Source of the DNA: Candidatus Nanohaloarchaea archaeon
Lineage (GTDB): Archaea; Nanohalarchaeota; Nanosalinia; Nanosalinales; Nanosalinaceae
Length of the DNA stretch: 64,000 bases
NCBI GenBank assembly: GCA_014297435.1
Contig: JACOQA010000002.1
Location: 96,001 to 160,000, forward strand
Direction of reading: 5' to 3'
The position numbers and the translations under genes were made by a program. Positions 61,286 through 64,000 of the stretch are shown here, in pieces. Each line of letters begins with the position of its first letter. Position 1 is the stretch's first letter. The notes below the pieces were generated by a model, which was given only the letters and a program-made list of their open reading frames with translations, did no database searches and had not been told where the DNA came from.

Positions 61286-61717
61286 GTTCCATTCGAAACG
61301 AAGGTTTAAGTATATACTCCAGATGAATTCCGTGTAAAACCAACCCCCACCCCCTGTTTTCGTGTGGAACTTAATCCTAACCACCCACCTACCGGTATAA
61401 CACTGTTATATTATATGTCGGTGTTATAACGTAAACTCGAACTCAGATTAGAAAATAACTCCATACGAAACCGAGGGGTCTGTGGTTTAGAGGCAAAACC
61501 GGATAAAAATGGTCTAAACCATACAGCTAAACCGAAACCGGCAGAAACAATATAGAGAAAACAGACAACAAAACTAAGTTCTTAAGGTTTAGAGAAATAT
61601 TTATTGGTTTAGATAACAGCCAGAAAAACGTTTTAGAAGAATCAAAGATTTCCTAGTTTGATAAAATGCTTTAGAGTTGCTTAGAATGCTTGTTTGACCC
61701 CCTGATTTCGAGTGGAG
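61286..61717. other. Replication origin (oriC) with ORB elements and AT-rich unwinding region
   Basis: ORB-like TCCA-N2-CGAAA-N-G-string at 61286-61304 (+), 61344-61370 (-), 61459-61478 (+) and 61698-61717 (-), upstream of cdc6. Confidence 0.85.
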
Positions 61718-61928
61718 AAGAGAGGGTATAGTTCTTAATATGGGTTATCGGAGAGTAATAATACCTCATATTTTAAGGCTTCCTGTTCGAGTAAGGAGTC
61801 AGTGAGTCACGGCTCAGGAAACCAACATTCAGACCCGGCAAGAAAATGGGAGAAAGCACTCGCCCATATCACAATCGCAATCATCCTCAGCATAGGACGA
61901 GTGACTTATTCAGTTTTCGCCTCAGTCT

Positions 61929-64000
61929 TCAGGATTCTGACACGGCTAGCCTGAACTTGTCCAATTTACTAAATTCCTTTTCGGCAATTCCAATCAAATT
62001 CAAAGCCTTTTCTCTGCTAAGACCAGAACCTTCAATATTGAAACCATTTGAAGTTGCTACAAACCTGCCCTTACTACTGGAAACAATATACTTTATCTCA
62101 GGAGTTTCTAACTTCTTTACACTAAAATTGCTGGTTTTTAGCTGGTATACCGATTTTTCAGGTCTACTTAGGTGGCTTAGTGAGACTTCGGGACTTTGTA
62201 TAGCGGCTTTTTTGGTCGAGCGGTTCACGGAAAATTCAAGCGAAATACTTCCAGATGAAATCGACCTCTTTAAGCCTTCGAAATCCTTAGAAACTTTTTC
62301 TGACGTGGCACCCGCCTGTTTCAACTGGAATCTCTTCCCGCCAACAATAACAGTGCTCGAAGAATCATTCAGACCGATAACATCGAACACAACTTTCTCA
62401 GACTCGCCAGGTTTCAATACAACCGAACGGTTCTCGTCCTCCAGCAGATCGAAAACAAGATTTTCGCTTAGTTTAGGGCTAATCGATCTCTCTATTTTGA
62501 AGCTGTTATTGTTTTTGAACTCGACCACAAGTTCCCCAATTCCACCTTCTCTCAAATCACCTGAAACATTAAAATCTAGATCTCCTATTTCGTAGGTCTT
62601 CGAAGCCTTGGCGACATTGCTATCGGTTATAACTGCAGCCTCCACAAAATGCTCTCCTTGTCCAAGTCTCGAGATATTGTAAATATTGATGCCTTTCTCG
62701 AGTGAGGTTTCGAAAGAAGTTCTACTACCGCCAATCTGATAAGCGACTGTTGCATTCCGTTTCTTGTTAGAGTAGACTTCGAGTCGGGCAACATTTTCCC
62801 CTTCAAGCGAGGCTGTTAGAGGCGTTGAATACCTAACTTTTATCGAAGCATTTTGAACTACTTCATAGCTATTTCCTGTCTTCATTATACCGGACTGGAC
62901 GAACCTGAAATCTTCGCCCTTCGAATAGTTTGATTTTGTTGAGGGAAAGCTTTCGAACTCCCTCGAAATATTTTCGTACCCACCTGAAGATGTTAGGAGC
63001 TGTGTTTCAGGCAGTTCTAAACCGGTTTTCTCGGTGTATCGGCTACTGGTTTCAACTTGTTGGATATTTCCAGGTATTTTCTCTGAGAACGAATATAACG
63101 GCGTTATAGGAGCTCCGGCTATTTTCAGTTCTGAGGAAGAGTTATAGCTCAAACCGTCCTCAAAACCGATTTCAGGTCTTAGAGTTGCGTTCAAAACACA
63201 TTCGCCTTTCTCACATTTTTTCGAAAACTCGAAGTAATCAGATTTTATAGGATCTTTAGGCATCTCCGGATTACCCATCAAAGAAAGCGAAGACTCCATC
63301 TTATCTTTAACACCATTTTTATGGAAAGAAGTTGGATTGTAAACCAGTCCGGTCTCTCTCAAAGAGTTAACTGAACTTTTGAGCGAGTTTCCTAGGTTCT
63401 TACCTACCCTGAAGAACTCTGAATCAATTATGGAGGAGAATGCGGCATAGTTCACAGTTGAAAATCCTAGGTGGGCGGAAGCACCTTTCTCAATAAAACT
63501 ATTTCTCATCTCCGCATCTTTTTTACCTGCCATAACTGTCGAGTCCCAGACAATAGGCTTCTCCAACTCAGGTATATCGGAAGGACTTATACTTACGTTG
63601 TACTGATTGTGGGATGGCAGCTTCCAGTTGTTTGAGTTACCGCGTCCCTGGAAGTAGATTATTTCCGACCCCCTGGTTTCACCTAGAAAACCTTGTTTCT
63701 CAAGCTTAGGATGGCTTTCAGGCCACAAAAAGTTGTAGAAAACCTGGACCACACCTTTCTGGATTACCTCGGTAGGAGTTTTACCTAGAGGTACTTCCCA
63801 ACCCTCCATACGTTTCAGACCTCTCTCTAGATTGAACTCGTAGTCACTCCATTTGTACTCGTAAAGCATCTCCAGACCTTCTTCCGCAAACTTCAGACCT
63901 CTGATAACCGTTAAACTGGTTTTAGCCATGCTTCCAGCGGAAGATCCAACTGAATCCAGTAAAGACTCAGCTCTATCCGTATTTTTTAGGAAGCTTGAGA
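61929..64000 (-). CDS. Large hypothetical protein, partial; weak resemblance to C25 (gingipain-like) peptidase fold
   Basis: Frame stays open to the window end; FIEKGASAHLG, LGNSL, LMGNP pattern. Confidence 0.6.
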   Translation of the reverse strand, partial: SSFLKNTDRAESLLDSVGSSAGSMAKTSLTVIRGLKFAEEGLEMLYEYKWSDYEFNLERGLKRMEGWEVPLGKTPTEVIQKGVVQVFYNFLWPESHPKLEKQGFLGETRGSEIIYFQGRGNSNNWKLPSHNQYNVSISPSDIPELEKPIVWDSTVMAGKKDAEMRNSFIEKGASAHLGFSTVNYAAFSSIIDSEFFRVGKNLGNSLKSSVNSLRETGLVYNPTSFHKNGVKDKMESSLSLMGNPEMPKDPIKSDYFEFSKKCEKGECVLNATLRPEIGFEDGLSYNSSSELKIAGAPITPLYSFSEKIPGNIQQVETSSRYTEKTGLELPETQLLTSSGGYENISREFESFPSTKSNYSKGEDFRFVQSGIMKTGNSYEVVQNASIKVRYSTPLTASLEGENVARLEVYSNKKRNATVAYQIGGSRTSFETSLEKGINIYNISRLGQGEHFVEAAVITDSNVAKASKTYEIGDLDFNVSGDLREGGIGELVVEFKNNNSFKIERSISPKLSENLVFDLLEDENRSVVLKPGESEKVVFDVIGLNDSSSTVIVGGKRFQLKQAGATSEKVSKDFEGLKRSISSGSISLEFSVNRSTKKAAIQSPEVSLSHLSRPEKSVYQLKTSNFSVKKLETPEIKYIVSSSKGRFVATSNGFNIEGSGLSREKALNLIGIAEKEFSKLDKFRLAVSES

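Noticed and set aside
61846-62595. 249-aa + strand ORF
   Set aside because: Ser/Phe-rich shadow of the - strand gene 61929-64000

Overview
Archaeal chromosomal segment, most likely Nanohaloarchaeota (DPANN). This assignment is inferred from the acidic proteome, moderate GC, dense gene packing and archaeal information genes. From left to right it holds: ADP-forming acetate-CoA ligase (partial) divergent from a pyruvate dehydrogenase operon; DsbA, an Ogg-like gene, a Na/Ca antiporter and PolB; a histone; an ABC-2 exporter; grpE-dnaK-dnaJ; a duplicated two-gene module of surface proteins with acidic GD repeats; a second histone, RPA and radA; a four-peptidase cluster; tRNA-Thr(CGT) followed by a SipW/TasA-like locus; dnaG; PolD DP2 (with a 490-aa LAGLIDADG intein), DP1 and cdc6 next to an ORB-containing origin. 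Unexplained non-coding signals are: two ~400-nt multi-helix candidate RNAs (15.6-16.1 kb and 31.9-32.3 kb); seven TGTTC-N9-GAACA palindromes in mirror arrangement (29.5-31.8 kb); a helically phased ACTAT array (36.4-36.7 kb); a c-di-GMP-I-like leader upstream of a SipW-type secreted protein; and a uORF attenuator upstream of a DUF5794-like gene. All calls are by eye; no searches or folding programs were run.
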